Shown here one piece after another: positions 20,380 to 30,658 of a DNA stretch of 64,000 nucleotides; position 1 is the stretch's first letter, and the number at the start of each line of letters is the position of its first letter. The position numbers were made by a program, and so were the translations under genes. The notes below the pieces were generated by a model. It was given only the letters and a program-made list of their open reading frames with translations. It made no database searches and was not told where the DNA came from. Origin of the DNA: Armatimonadota bacterium (GTDB lineage: Bacteria; Armatimonadota; UBA5829; JAUSEB01); assembly GCA_030649165.1 (NCBI GenBank), contig JAUSGG010000025.1:3967-67966 (forward strand), given 5' to 3'.

Positions 20380-20496
20380 AGATGACGCTCTGAACCAGCT
20401 ATGCGAGCGTCCATAACGGCTATTGCCGGACCAGCGCTCCCTCATTTGACCGGCAGTACCTGCCCCCAGCCTGAAGACGGTGGGGGCTCTTTTTTG
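20380..20496 (+). ncRNA. candidate small RNA (~117 nt) between promoter and intrinsic terminator; family unknown
   Basis: No ORF. Internal stems GACGCUC/GAGCGUC and GCCGG/CCGGC. Terminator stem GCCCCCA / UGGGGGC at 20462-20487, followed by UCUUUUUUG. Confidence 0.3.
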
Positions 20497-20548
20497 CTTT
20501 ACCTGGATGACGCCAACAGGGGACCAACAACTAACAACCAAAAACTAA

Positions 20549-20590
20549 AAAAGCCTCCGGAGTAAACTCCGGAGGCTTAGCGTCAACTAA
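20549..20590 (-). terminator. intrinsic terminator of the SLH-porin gene
   Basis: Perfect hairpin GCCTCCGGAG-TAAA-CTCCGGAGGC, followed on the minus strand by a T-run. Confidence 0.6.
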
Positions 20591-20599
20591 GTCAGAGAC

Positions 20600-22465
20600 T
20601 TAGAACTTGACCATGAACTGAGCCACGGCAACATCGCCCTTGTAGTCGGAGCTGTCGTAGCTGTGGCCATCTGAACCGGTATCGAAATCAACGATCTGAT
20701 AACCGATCTTAGCCATCATATTGGGGTTGAACTGGTGGCCGAGGCCGATGGTGATGTACTTCTCATCGGTATCGGTCAGTCCGCTGGGCTCCCACTTAAC
20801 CCACTCCAGACCGAGGTCTATGGAGGTGGAGGAGCTCATGCCCCACTTGAGGCCGGCCGTGTAGTACTTGACGTCGTCGTCCTCTTCGTCGATCTCGCTG
20901 GGCAAGCCAACGACATCGTCCTTACCGGACAGGAACTCGGCGGCAGCAACCAGGCTGATGTTCGCGCCGAGACCGTACTTCAGGTCAACATAAGGACCCT
21001 CGATGTTGGTCGGGTTGGTCCACCGGCCCAGCTTATCCCAGGAACCGGGAGCTGTGAAGTTGTGACCGATGCTCTTCCAGCCAGCCTTCAGGCCGAGAGA
21101 ACCGAGGCCGATACCAAGGTTCGCGTCTAGGGCTGTATTATCGTCATCCAGCACGGTGGTATCGGTCAGGGTGGTCTCTGCCCACTCGCCGCCGATCGTG
21201 ATATTGCCGAGCTGGAAGTTCAAGTCGGCGCCAACTAACTGCGCCTGCTCGACGACGCCGTCCTCGGAACCGCGCAGATAGGTGCCGCTCAGGGTGCCCT
21301 TGAGCGGGGTGCCAATCGTTATGCGGCCACCAGCGATCTGGTTGATGGAGCCCAGTCCACCAAATGCCGCGCCACCATTGTCGTTGAATACGCCTGTGTC
21401 ATAAAGACCGGCGTCGGACTGCGAGGTCAGACCATTGACAAGGAACGCGTTCATGTCGGTCTTGGCGGCAACAAGCTGAAGGCCCACGCCTCCAAACTTC
21501 CACGCGCCCTTGATACCGTCAAGCGGATAATCGCCCGTGTCGGTCTTCTGGTTCACCGTATAGCTGTCCACGTCGATCTTCTTGACAGTGTAGGGTGACC
21601 ACATCATCGGGAATCGACCAACCGTCAGCGCTCCGGGACCGAGATTCCAGTCCAGGTACGCATAGTACGGGAACACGATCTGGCCTTCCGCGTCCGTGGG
21701 ATCGGGCAGATCCGACTGTGTGGTAGCGCGCTCGCCACCGTCGTAGTCGTCAACCCCGTTCAAGTAGTTCAGATAATCGCCGGCGCTGAGTAGAGCGTGC
21801 GCCGTTGCCTTATCCGAAATCCGGGCGTCGATTGTGATGTCGATCTCCTTGACCATGGTGATGTCCTGGAGCAGATCGTCATCGCCGTGCAGATCGCGCT
21901 CGTCGCGATCAACCGCGGAGCCGTCTCTCTCTCTCTCGAAAACGCCAGAGACATTGACGGTGCCGCCGATCTTAACTCGGCGAACTTCCTCTTCCAACGC
22001 GGTCAACCTCTTATTGAGGTCGGCCACGTCTCTCTTCAGGGCGTCGATATCCACGCCCATCGCGGTCAGCTCGTCCTTGAACTCGTCCACCATCTTCTGG
22101 ATGGCGGCGAGGTCTGCCTTTGTCACCTCGGGCTTCGCGGCCTCGAGTGTTGCGACTCTTGCCTTAACAGCGTCAACTTCCGCCTGGCTAACGCCGGCCG
22201 GGGGAGTGGGAGGTACGGGCTTGATGGCCTGGTCAACGATCACGGGGATCGCGCGAGCCAAAGCCTGGGCAAACTCGAATCGAGTCATAGCCCTCTTGCC
22301 GCCGAACGTCCCATCCGGGTAGCCGACGATGATTCCGTCCTTCACCAACTGGTCCACCGCCTGGTACGCCCAGTGATCGGTGGGGACATCGGTGAACGGA
22401 CCCTGTGCGAATACCGGGCTGGCAAGAAGCGCCAGCATCACGATAGCACATAGTGTCTTCTTCAT
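20600..22465 (-). CDS. SLH-domain outer-membrane porin (OmpM/Slp-like): SLH, coiled coil and C-terminal beta-barrel
   Basis: Signal peptide. SLH motif FTDVPTDHWAYQAVDQLVKDGIIVGYPDGTF. Heptad coiled coil at 100-170. Alternating-residue beta-strands to the C-terminal F. Confidence 0.85.
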   Translation of the reverse strand: MKKTLCAIVMLALLASPVFAQGPFTDVPTDHWAYQAVDQLVKDGIIVGYPDGTFGGKRAMTRFEFAQALARAIPVIVDQAIKPVPPTPPAGVSQAEVDAVKARVATLEAAKPEVTKADLAAIQKMVDEFKDELTAMGVDIDALKRDVADLNKRLTALEEEVRRVKIGGTVNVSGVFERERDGSAVDRDERDLHGDDDLLQDITMVKEIDITIDARISDKATAHALLSAGDYLNYLNGVDDYDGGERATTQSDLPDPTDAEGQIVFPYYAYLDWNLGPGALTVGRFPMMWSPYTVKKIDVDSYTVNQKTDTGDYPLDGIKGAWKFGGVGLQLVAAKTDMNAFLVNGLTSQSDAGLYDTGVFNDNGGAAFGGLGSINQIAGGRITIGTPLKGTLSGTYLRGSEDGVVEQAQLVGADLNFQLGNITIGGEWAETTLTDTTVLDDDNTALDANLGIGLGSLGLKAGWKSIGHNFTAPGSWDKLGRWTNPTNIEGPYVDLKYGLGANISLVAAAEFLSGKDDVVGLPSEIDEEDDDVKYYTAGLKWGMSSSTSIDLGLEWVKWEPSGLTDTDEKYITIGLGHQFNPNMMAKIGYQIVDFDTGSDGHSYDSSDYKGDVAVAQFMVKF

Positions 22466-22892
22466 TTATTGTCCTCCTTGAATGTTTGGAACACTCGGCA
22501 AGGAGAACTACCGCTTCCGTCGCCTCGGCGGACGTCGAGTTACCACGTTGCCTCTTACGTCCACTTCTCGCGGCGGAGTGTGCGTTTCTCTCCTTGCCTA
22601 TACTATCACCGCGCGGCCATAACAGGTCATTCAAGGTAGTTTCACCTCCTTTCGAACCTGCGCCGCCTGAGTGTGACAGCCTACTCGCTAGGCAGCCTAG
22701 CATAATTACCAGGTACTTGTCAATAGCTGCCGATCATATTGAGCAAAAAAACTCTGCCCGCTATATTGTCGGTTACAGGCGCGCTCGCCCGTAGAGCGGG
22801 CAACCAAGCAACATGACGCCACAGGCTGCCTGTTAGTTACGCTTCCGTATTGTCGTTCCCTCGGCAGCTTGCCGCGAAACCCCGGAATGGTT

Positions 22893-22960
22893 GGAGGTTC
22901 GTGGTTGCCCGATTCGGAAATCCGGTGTGAAGTTGTGGGGTGGCGATTCGGAAATCGCCA
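22893..22960. repeat. GATTCGGAAATCGCCACCC repeat (two tandem copies); also at 20197-20222 and 39608-39635
   Basis: CCCGATTCGGAAATCCGG...GGCGATTCGGAAATCGCCACCC. Confidence 0.6.
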
Positions 22961-23069
22961 CCCATCGGGCGGACTTGTCGGACTCCGACTCCTTCGACTG
23001 CTCGAAGTTCGTGTTGCCGACGGCGACGCTTGCGGGTATACTTGAGACAGTCGGACACGACCGTCCGAT

Positions 23070-24221
23070 TTGGAGGCTCCGTTGTCCCGAACCTCGGTTT
23101 ACGTCGAACAGATATCCCCGCGGTCAACTCCCGAACAAGTGTCCGAAGGAATAGCCCGCCTGCTCCATCCGTTCGATCTGGCGCGAATGGCGGATGGCAA
23201 GACGGTCCTGATCAAACCAAATCTTTCCGGCGAGTCGGGCCCGGCCAATACTGATCCACGCGTGATCTACGGCGTCGTAAGGGCATTCGAGCAGGCCGGG
23301 GCGAGCGCGCTGGTTGGTGACGGATCGATTATCGGCGTAGATACCATGTCCGTGATGAGAGAGATCGGCTTGATCGACGCGCTCAAGGGCACACGCGCGG
23401 AGATTGTAGACCTCAAGACCGGCAGATATGTGGAGACTCGGGTGCGCCGCGGCAGGTGCGCGAAGCAGGTCGCGCTTGCCGAAGCCGCGTCCGCGGCCGA
23501 TCTGATCGTCAGCGTCGCCAAGATGAAAACTCACGACGCGACCGCGGTAAGCCTCTGTATGAAGAACCTGAGCGGCCTTATGCACGAATACGATATGCTG
23601 CATTTCCATCACGTCAACGTCAGCGAGTGCATCGTGGACCTGGTGGCGACGGTCAAGCCGGCGCTGAACATAGTCGATGGCTTGATGGCAATGGACACGT
23701 TCGGCGCGGGCCCCGTCGAGATGGGCTGCGTGATAGCGGGAACGGATCCCGTCGCGGTGGACGCAACAGCCTCGCGCGCGATGGGTGTGGACCCGGCGGG
23801 CATATACGCGGGCACGCTCGCCGAATCCCACATAAAACGAGCTCACGAACGCGGCCTGGGCGAGATGAAGGATATCGAGGTAGTCGGCGATTTGCCGAGC
23901 GCGCAATTCGCCCCGCCGCCGGCGAGTCTGAACGAGATATCGATTCCCGACGGGATAGAGATCATCGACGGCGACCCCTGCCCGGCGTGTATAGCTATGC
24001 TGGCCACCGTGCTGCAGAAGTCGCAGATCAGCAATAACAAGCTCGGCAATACGGTGATACTTGTCGGTCCGAACGCGCCGCCCCCGGAGAAGACGAAGGG
24101 CAGGACCATCATTATAGGCAACTGCCTTCACAGGCTGCAATCGACCACGCAGGGGAGCGTTTTCGTGATAGGCTGCCCGCCCAACGCTACTTACGACGTG
24201 CTGCCGGTTCTGGAGGCGTGA
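23070..24221 (+). CDS. DUF362 domain protein
   Basis: 383 aa. DGKTVLIKPNLSGE...DGSIIGVD is typical of DUF362. Confidence 0.55.
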   Translation: MEAPLSRTSVYVEQISPRSTPEQVSEGIARLLHPFDLARMADGKTVLIKPNLSGESGPANTDPRVIYGVVRAFEQAGASALVGDGSIIGVDTMSVMREIGLIDALKGTRAEIVDLKTGRYVETRVRRGRCAKQVALAEAASAADLIVSVAKMKTHDATAVSLCMKNLSGLMHEYDMLHFHHVNVSECIVDLVATVKPALNIVDGLMAMDTFGAGPVEMGCVIAGTDPVAVDATASRAMGVDPAGIYAGTLAESHIKRAHERGLGEMKDIEVVGDLPSAQFAPPPASLNEISIPDGIEIIDGDPCPACIAMLATVLQKSQISNNKLGNTVILVGPNAPPPEKTKGRTIIIGNCLHRLQSTTQGSVFVIGCPPNATYDVLPVLEA

Positions 24222-24451
24222 GAAAGAGTCGAAGGAGTCGAAAGAGTCGGAGGAGTCGGACGGCAAAGGGGCGGGGCTGACGTGACCAAGATCGCGCGGG
24301 AACCGTATACGCAGTGAGTCGAAGTGGATGGTGACAGGGGGCGTCCGCCGCGGGAACTGACTTCGACGATATCCGATGGGTTGGTTGTAGGAGACCGTTC
24401 CCGCAAGATAGAACCTTAGAACCCTTAGAACCCTGGAACCCTGGAGAAAGA

Positions 24452-25543
24452 ATGGACCTGCTTTACGAGTCATTTATGGGAATGGGACCGAAGCGGATTG
24501 CGCATTACGAGCACTGGTCGTGTCCCGATGCTGAGACGCAAATTACCGGGGTCGATTATTACGATCACCCTAAGCTGTGTCGGGAGAGGATGCGCGAACT
24601 GTACCCCGTGCTCAACCTGGCTGTCCCCGCGGACGACACGCCCGTCCCACGACCCCAACTGGGGAGTGATGACGACAACTCCAGCGTGACGCGGGACGGC
24701 AGGCAGGCGGTGCGCTGGGGGACCGGCGAGACGTGGCACTGGGACTGGGGTCGCAACTTCAAGACGGTCGAGGAAGCGTTTGCCTTCTCGCCCCTGAAGC
24801 ACGCTGATTTCACTAATGTCCCCGTCGTCGAATCACGCGACTACTCCGACGAAGAAAAACTCTACGAGTCCTACCGTTCCCTTTTCCCCGCCGAGCACGG
24901 CGACACGCCCCCTGATGGCCAGTTTACCGCCGCCGGCTTCTATAACACGATGTTCATGTGGCCGCTGCTCACTTTCGGGTGGGAGTTCTTCCTTGAGATG
25001 TGCCTGGAACCGCGTTTCGAGCGAATAATGGACGAGTTCGCCGAGATAAACCGCCGCGTCTTCCGCTCATTTGCTCGCCTGCCGGTCAAGTTCGTGATCT
25101 GCCACGACGACATTGTCACCGCGCGCGGCCCGGTCTGCTCGCCCGATTGGATGAACAAGTTCATCTTCCCCCGATATGAGGAGTTCTGGGGAATAGTCAA
25201 GGCGGCAGGGAAAGAGGTCGTTTTCGTCGCCGACGGCTGCCTGGACGCCTGCGCGGATGACATCTTCGCGTGCGGGGCCAGGGGCATCATCACCGAGCCC
25301 TTTACCGATTTCAAGGCGATCGCCCGCAAACACGAAAACTGCTGCCTTGCCGGCGAAGGGGACAACCGCGTCCTCAGCCGCAATGACCCCGATGAGATCC
25401 GCGCGATGGTAGAAAGCATGGTCGAGACCGCCCACATCAGCGGCGGATATATGATGTCCGTCGGCAACCACATTCCCTGGAACGTTACGCCGGAAGGCGT
25501 CAAGCGGTATCTGGATTTGTGCGATAAGCTAGCGCACCGGTAG
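24452..25543 (+). CDS. uroporphyrinogen decarboxylase (URO-D)-family protein (MtaA/CmuA-like methyltransferase fold)
   Basis: 363 aa. TIM-barrel-like periodicity. Family call from general similarity; moderate. Confidence 0.5.
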   Translation: MDLLYESFMGMGPKRIAHYEHWSCPDAETQITGVDYYDHPKLCRERMRELYPVLNLAVPADDTPVPRPQLGSDDDNSSVTRDGRQAVRWGTGETWHWDWGRNFKTVEEAFAFSPLKHADFTNVPVVESRDYSDEEKLYESYRSLFPAEHGDTPPDGQFTAAGFYNTMFMWPLLTFGWEFFLEMCLEPRFERIMDEFAEINRRVFRSFARLPVKFVICHDDIVTARGPVCSPDWMNKFIFPRYEEFWGIVKAAGKEVVFVADGCLDACADDIFACGARGIITEPFTDFKAIARKHENCCLAGEGDNRVLSRNDPDEIRAMVESMVETAHISGGYMMSVGNHIPWNVTPEGVKRYLDLCDKLAHR

Positions 25544-25782
25544 GTTGGTTTTCGGTTGGCGGTTGACGCCAGGGGTTTGCAGGGGCCATCACTTCAACCC
25601 TCACCCCAACCCTCTCCCTTCCAGGGAGAGGGAGTTCTAGCCGTCGACTCCCCCGACTCCTTCGACTCCCCTGCTCGTTTAGCGCCCATTTGCCGGGGGT
25701 AGTACAGAAACGGCAGGCAAAGCTCGGGCCTCTGCGGTAAGAGGCGGTTTTGTCGCCCAACCAACCGAATGGAGGGGGAGAG

Positions 25783-26967
25783 ATGACCAACCCATTTAGT
25801 CCACGGTTAAAGGCGCCGGTCCTGGTCCTGGCGCTGCTTGTAATGGCTTTTGCGGCGACCGCGGCCGTCGCGGACTGCGGCCTGGCTCGCGAATCGGGCA
25901 GCGCCGCGAGCGCAATGCCTGCGTCCAGCATGTCTACGATGTATTCCTCGGAGAGTTCCGGCAAGGTGGGAGTGAAGGCCGGAGCGACGTTGGGATTTGC
26001 CTCGGTATCCAGCCTTAACGAGAACGCATGGCTGGTGAAAGGTGGTCCCACGAGCGACACGCTGGCCGGCATTCACGGGGTGATCGGGTTTAGCGCGCGC
26101 GACCTCAGCGACGTTAGATCGGCCACACCGAGCGACTCAATCGAGTACGGGCTTGCCCGTATTCACGATCCATCTGACGATTCCGCCTACGAAGTTCGTT
26201 TCACCGGCATCGACAAGAGCGCCGACGCGAAGTTTGGCGGAGTAGGATTGCTCAAGCCGATTTTCGGCGGGACGGGCATCGGGGAAGCCGGCCTTCCCGA
26301 AACGGTAGCCTACGTAGCGGCCTGGGGAATGGCTGATATCTTCAAGAACGGTCAGAGAATAGCGTCGAACGTTCCGGCGCACGTGGTGGTGACCCCGGGT
26401 ATCAGAGACACGATAAGCGGCAAGCTGCTGGCCGCGAGCGATCTGGACCTGAGCGCGCGCGAGATAATGCTCCACGTGCCGGGGCCGGTCAGCGGTCTGC
26501 CTGACGGCATGCTGATGGCGCTGTGGCCAAGCGCGGCCCTCGATCTGAACGGCATCGGCGGGCGTCCGCTGTCCCGGCAGGCTGTGGCAATGGCGCCGGT
26601 CAGCGGTTTTCCAGTGACCGGCAGGGTCCTTGGCGAAGCAGCGATGGTGACTCCGCGGCACGTGCAGTTCTCGCTGACGCGGAACGGGTTCATTTCCTAC
26701 GTGCCGGCGGCGTTCTCCACGGGCTACACCAGAGTAACGGTCGTCAACAACAGCAACGTCTCCCGAGGAGCGATAATCAGCGCGAGGGACGTGATCGGGT
26801 CTCAGTTGATAAGATACACGCCGATTCTGCGTCCCGGTAAGTCCTTCTCGTTCTACACATACATTGGCCCCGGCAACTTCAAAGTAATGGAGTGTCACGG
26901 CGGGGTCATGCGGGGGTTGCGTCACTGGAGGTCCAGCTATCAGACCAGCTTCACCGTAGCCAGGTAG
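25783..26967 (+). CDS. secreted hypothetical protein
   Basis: Start at ATG 25783, preceded by GGAGGGGGAGAG. Signal peptide LVLALLVMAFAATAAVA. No recognisable domain. Confidence 0.55.
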   Translation: MTNPFSPRLKAPVLVLALLVMAFAATAAVADCGLARESGSAASAMPASSMSTMYSSESSGKVGVKAGATLGFASVSSLNENAWLVKGGPTSDTLAGIHGVIGFSARDLSDVRSATPSDSIEYGLARIHDPSDDSAYEVRFTGIDKSADAKFGGVGLLKPIFGGTGIGEAGLPETVAYVAAWGMADIFKNGQRIASNVPAHVVVTPGIRDTISGKLLAASDLDLSAREIMLHVPGPVSGLPDGMLMALWPSAALDLNGIGGRPLSRQAVAMAPVSGFPVTGRVLGEAAMVTPRHVQFSLTRNGFISYVPAAFSTGYTRVTVVNNSNVSRGAIISARDVIGSQLIRYTPILRPGKSFSFYTYIGPGNFKVMECHGGVMRGLRHWRSSYQTSFTVAR

Positions 26968-27241
26968 CGGGGTCGAAGGTTGTCTGTTAGGTTTATTGGA
27001 GCGGGCCGGAGCTTCCGACCCGCTCATTCTTATCTGCTGGGAGTTCTGAGTTCTGAGTTTAGAGTTCGATCCTTCGGTAGCAGAGCGGTAGCGACGCTGC
27101 CGAAGGACGCGCAAGCACGACGTCACCGGCGCCCGGTCCTATCCCGCGGGAACGGCCTCTCTTAGCTGACGTTTCAGCGTTGCGACCTGTAGTTCCCGCG
27201 GCGCCTCCGGCGTTTCGTTAGGAGCGCTGGGTTCTGAGTCT

Positions 27242-28387
27242 TCAGTTTCGGGTTCTGACTGGCCTCCCCGCCGCGGGTTGCTGCTTGAGACGGGACACTG
27301 AATCGAACGCCTTCTGGGCCAGAGGGCACGAGTCCTTATCCCCGAGTTCGCACGCTCTCTTAAGGGCGCCGGCCGCCTCGGAAAGCCTGTTCTGGCGCAA
27401 GTAGGCATGGCCCAAAGACCGCCACAACTGTCGATCCTTCGGCTCCAACTCGACTGAAGCGAGAAGCTCGACCACACTGGCGACGTCGTTTCCGATCAGG
27501 GCATAATCGGCCGCCAGAAGGTAGTGCGCCCCGGCCCCTGAGACGAGGCCGCTTCGGACGTCAGGCGCGGCTCTCTGAACCCTGGCGCGGGCCTGCTCGA
27601 TGACGCCTTTGTCGGCAGTCGATATAAGCTCGACAGAGGGCAAATCCTTCGCTATCATCTGTGCGGCCGGCCTGGTCTTCGCCAGCTTCTGTTTCACAGC
27701 GAGCAGTTGGGTCGCGGCGTCGGACCGGGCGGCGGTCCACGCGCGGCGGGTGCGGTCATCGGACATCCGCCGCTCTATCTCCGGCGCGTACGCTGAAAAC
27801 TGCGCGAGGGACCTTTCGTAGGTCCGTTCGGCCTCCGGGAACCTGCCGAGTTGACGGAGAAGGTCGGCCGCCCACTTGTGCGTGATGGCGGCCCCTGCCT
27901 TATCGGCGGACTGGGCGACCCGGGCCGCGGCCAGGTAGCTATCGATAGCTTTCTGCTTCTTTTCGGTCCGGCGGAACTCATCGCCGAGAGCGGAGCGGTA
28001 GACCCAGTTATTGGGGGCCACGCGAATGGCGGCGAACATGAAATCGAAGAAGCCGCGCGTATTCTTCCGCGCGCGCAACTCCTGGGCGGCGAGGAAGTAG
28101 ACCTCATCCGGCGTGGGTTCGCGTTTGAGAGTCCTGCGCAGCTCGGCTTGGGCGGCGGCGACCAGGCCGGTCTCCATATCGGTTGGCTGCCGGTTAAGCC
28201 CCTGGCCGAGCTTCCGCGCCAGATTATCCATGTTCTCCTGGCGGATTATGGGGCCTTTGGGCTGTATGGACATCAGCCCGCCCAGCTCGGGAAGCGCCTG
28301 CGCGCCGGCTCGACCGCTCGCCACAAGCGGCAAGATGATGATTGCGGATAAGGTGAACAGAATGATCAGTCGATCTTTCAGGGACAC
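27242..28387 (-). CDS. secreted tetratricopeptide-repeat protein
   Basis: Signal peptide. Repeated A..Y...G....A TPR-like periodicity. Confidence 0.7.
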   Translation of the reverse strand: MSLKDRLIILFTLSAIIILPLVASGRAGAQALPELGGLMSIQPKGPIIRQENMDNLARKLGQGLNRQPTDMETGLVAAAQAELRRTLKREPTPDEVYFLAAQELRARKNTRGFFDFMFAAIRVAPNNWVYRSALGDEFRRTEKKQKAIDSYLAAARVAQSADKAGAAITHKWAADLLRQLGRFPEAERTYERSLAQFSAYAPEIERRMSDDRTRRAWTAARSDAATQLLAVKQKLAKTRPAAQMIAKDLPSVELISTADKGVIEQARARVQRAAPDVRSGLVSGAGAHYLLAADYALIGNDVASVVELLASVELEPKDRQLWRSLGHAYLRQNRLSEAAGALKRACELGDKDSCPLAQKAFDSVSRLKQQPAAGRPVRTRN

Positions 28388-28741
28388 GGCGGATTCTCCT
28401 CTCTGTTGAAGGATTCAGACTCGGCAGAAGTATACAACAAAATGGAGAGGTTTGAAACCGGGCGGAGCTACTCGTACGTCGGGACCGCCGCCACGGCTTT
28501 GCCCTGGCTATCGTAGACCACGTGGATGCAATTGTCCCGGAAGATGAAGTAGTAACGATATGCGCTGTAGCCTGGCCTGCTCCAGGCCGCGCTTCCGCGG
28601 TGGCTGGAGGGAAAGTCAGCAGCCGGAACTTTGACCTCGCGGAAGTGACGGAAGATGCTCTTGATCTCGGGGCGTCGGGCCTGTAGGCCAAGGCAATTTC
28701 TCAGCCAAGAATGCCGCCCTCTTGCCGGTCTGGAGGCAACA

Positions 28742-29740
28742 CTAGGAGACCGAAGGCCGGCACCGTATCTCCTGCGTTCCATTCAGGCCGAACAGCGATA
28801 GGAGCATCTCCGCTACGAAGCACGGGAGGACGAGCAGGATCGGAAAGAGCAGGCTTAGCGGAAGATCGTAGAGTAAGGTCCTGACGTCCGATCGAACGAC
28901 CCTTTGCCGGCGCAGAAGCTGATAGAGGAAGTTCCGCCTGCATCGCAAGACGTTAAGTATGCTCTGCAGCAGGCCGTAGGGATCGTATTCCGCCGAGAAG
29001 CTTCGTGAGGCGACGATTTCGAAGCCACAGCGCTCCGCGATGCTCGCCAAGGTTTCACGTGAGAAGTGCACGGTGTGGCGAGGAACATCCAAGTGGAACC
29101 ATCTGGATCCCGACAGCCTCGATTGGACGCTGGCGATGTTGGGCGCTCCGATTATCAGCAAACCATCTTCTTTGATGACCCGACGGACCTCGCGAAGAGT
29201 CTCCAGAGGATTGCTGAGGTGTTCCAGCGCGTGGTAGATCGTAACCACATCGAAGGTGTTGTCCGGAAAGCCGCACTCGAGGACTGAACTCCTCCTGACG
29301 TCTATCCCGCATCCCATCAAACTAGACACCAGCGTCTCCGACAGTTCCGTGCCGCAGCATTGCCAGCCGAGCGACTTCAATAGGCGCAGGAATAAGCCTC
29401 TCCCGCAGCCGACATCGAGAACAGAGCCCGTTTTTCTGGCGCCAATTACCTTCTTCGCCCGGCCCCGGCGGAAGGCGAGGATCATTCTCTCGACCGGCGA
29501 ACCGAACCGCTCGCCGGACTCCGATCCATAGTAATCCTCTTGAGGATAGTACCTCCCAAACTCGCTTTCCTGGTCCGGAACGGAGCCGGTGTACGCCATA
29601 CCGCACTCGCCGCACTGGAGCACATCGAAGACTTCCTGGGAGATGTAATCCACGGATCTGAACAGCAGCTTTGCTGTGGAACCGCTGTCAGACTCACAAA
29701 GCGGACAACGCTCAACGGCTTGCACGGTCTCGTCCTCCAA
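28742..29740 (-). CDS. class I SAM-dependent methyltransferase with N-terminal CxxC..CxxC zinc ribbon
   Basis: CPLCES...CGECG, then VLDVGCGRGLF (motif I). Confidence 0.8.
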   Translation of the reverse strand: MEDETVQAVERCPLCESDSGSTAKLLFRSVDYISQEVFDVLQCGECGMAYTGSVPDQESEFGRYYPQEDYYGSESGERFGSPVERMILAFRRGRAKKVIGARKTGSVLDVGCGRGLFLRLLKSLGWQCCGTELSETLVSSLMGCGIDVRRSSVLECGFPDNTFDVVTIYHALEHLSNPLETLREVRRVIKEDGLLIIGAPNIASVQSRLSGSRWFHLDVPRHTVHFSRETLASIAERCGFEIVASRSFSAEYDPYGLLQSILNVLRCRRNFLYQLLRRQRVVRSDVRTLLYDLPLSLLFPILLVLPCFVAEMLLSLFGLNGTQEIRCRPSVS

Positions 29741-29886
29741 GGGTTTGCCGGCGCATACAATGGCACAGTGTCATGCTTCGCGCTCGCAGTGAGGCAATCC
29801 TGCGGGCCGGTCCCCTTCCCGCGGGTTTTCGAGCCGGTTGTTGCGGCGTGGGGAGGGCGGGGATCGGGGAAGTGAGGGTTAAAGTT

Positions 29887-30331
29887 TCAGCGCGCGTCCA
29901 GATGTTCGGAGGCCCAGGCAACTACGGCCTCGGCAAGGCGCACGGCTTCTCGGTAATCCTCTTCCGTAAGTGGCTCCTCCTCACCGGGGTAGCGTGTTGA
30001 GACGGCGTAGTCCGTGAGTAGTGTGGCGTCCAGGATCACTTCGGGGCAAGGAATGTCAGACGGCAGCAGGTTCAACAAGCTTCTTCAAGTCGTGAGTGTA
30101 GGGGAACTCGATTTGGCGGCGCACCATCACAGCCTTGATGCTCTTTTCAGCCGCCTGCTGCGCATGGTAGCAAAGCAACTCATACAAGCCGTCCGGCGGA
30201 GGCAAGCGTTTCGCCTCGACCAGATCGGCCTTCGCGAACCTCATCCACTTTCGCCATGGGCCTTCGCTTGTGTCGTCAGGCCGCATATAGTTCCCTACCA
30301 TCACGGATGATGTCCCTATAGACAAGGCCAA
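29887..30331 (-). pseudogene. HEPN toxin gene disrupted by a +1 frameshift near 30072-30078 (paralog of 35350-35757)
   Basis: Track ORFs 30056-30331 and 29887-30078 together reproduce the HEPN protein at 35350-35757 (...YTHDLKKL | LNLLPSDIP...TRYPGEEEPLTEEDYREAVRLAEAVV). A single extra base switches frame. Confidence 0.6.
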
Positions 30332-30593
30332 TTGTGTCCTTGTGCTTCTCCAAGTCTGAGGGCGTGGCCACCACGAAATCGACGGGTTTTTCTATGCCTG
30401 GAAGGTTGCGATATAGGTTCTGGGCCGTATGACGTCTGTGCGTGCCGTCCGGCATGACCACCATTACATTGAGGTCGCTATACCGGCCTGCTTCTCCACG
30501 CGCGGCTGAGCCGAACAGGACTATGCGCAAAGGGTGGACGAGATCCACTATCTGCCGCACAAGTTCGTCTAGTTCTGATGTAACTTGGCTCAT
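30276..30593 (-). CDS. MNT nucleotidyltransferase antitoxin-like (partner of HEPN)
   Basis: MSQVTSELDELVRQIVDLVHPLRIVLFGSAARGEAGRYSDLNVMVV. ~70% identical to the MNT at 35747-36076. Confidence 0.8.
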   Translation of the reverse strand: MSQVTSELDELVRQIVDLVHPLRIVLFGSAARGEAGRYSDLNVMVVMPDGTHRRHTAQNLYRNLPGIEKPVDFVVATPSDLEKHKDTIGLVYRDIIRDGRELYAA

Positions 30594-30658
30594 GTCTCCC
30601 GCTCTCCTATCTCCGAGCGTATTATACCACACGAACGGGCGGCTGTTCGTGCGGGTTT

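Noticed and set aside
20376-20500. Candidate sRNA considered as SRP (4.5S) RNA or a 47-codon small ORF
   Set aside because: It lacks the SRP domain IV motif (AGGAAGCAGCCAAGG / GGUCCGGAAGG). The only long frame runs through the terminator hairpin without an RBS. It is kept only as an unclassified sRNA candidate.
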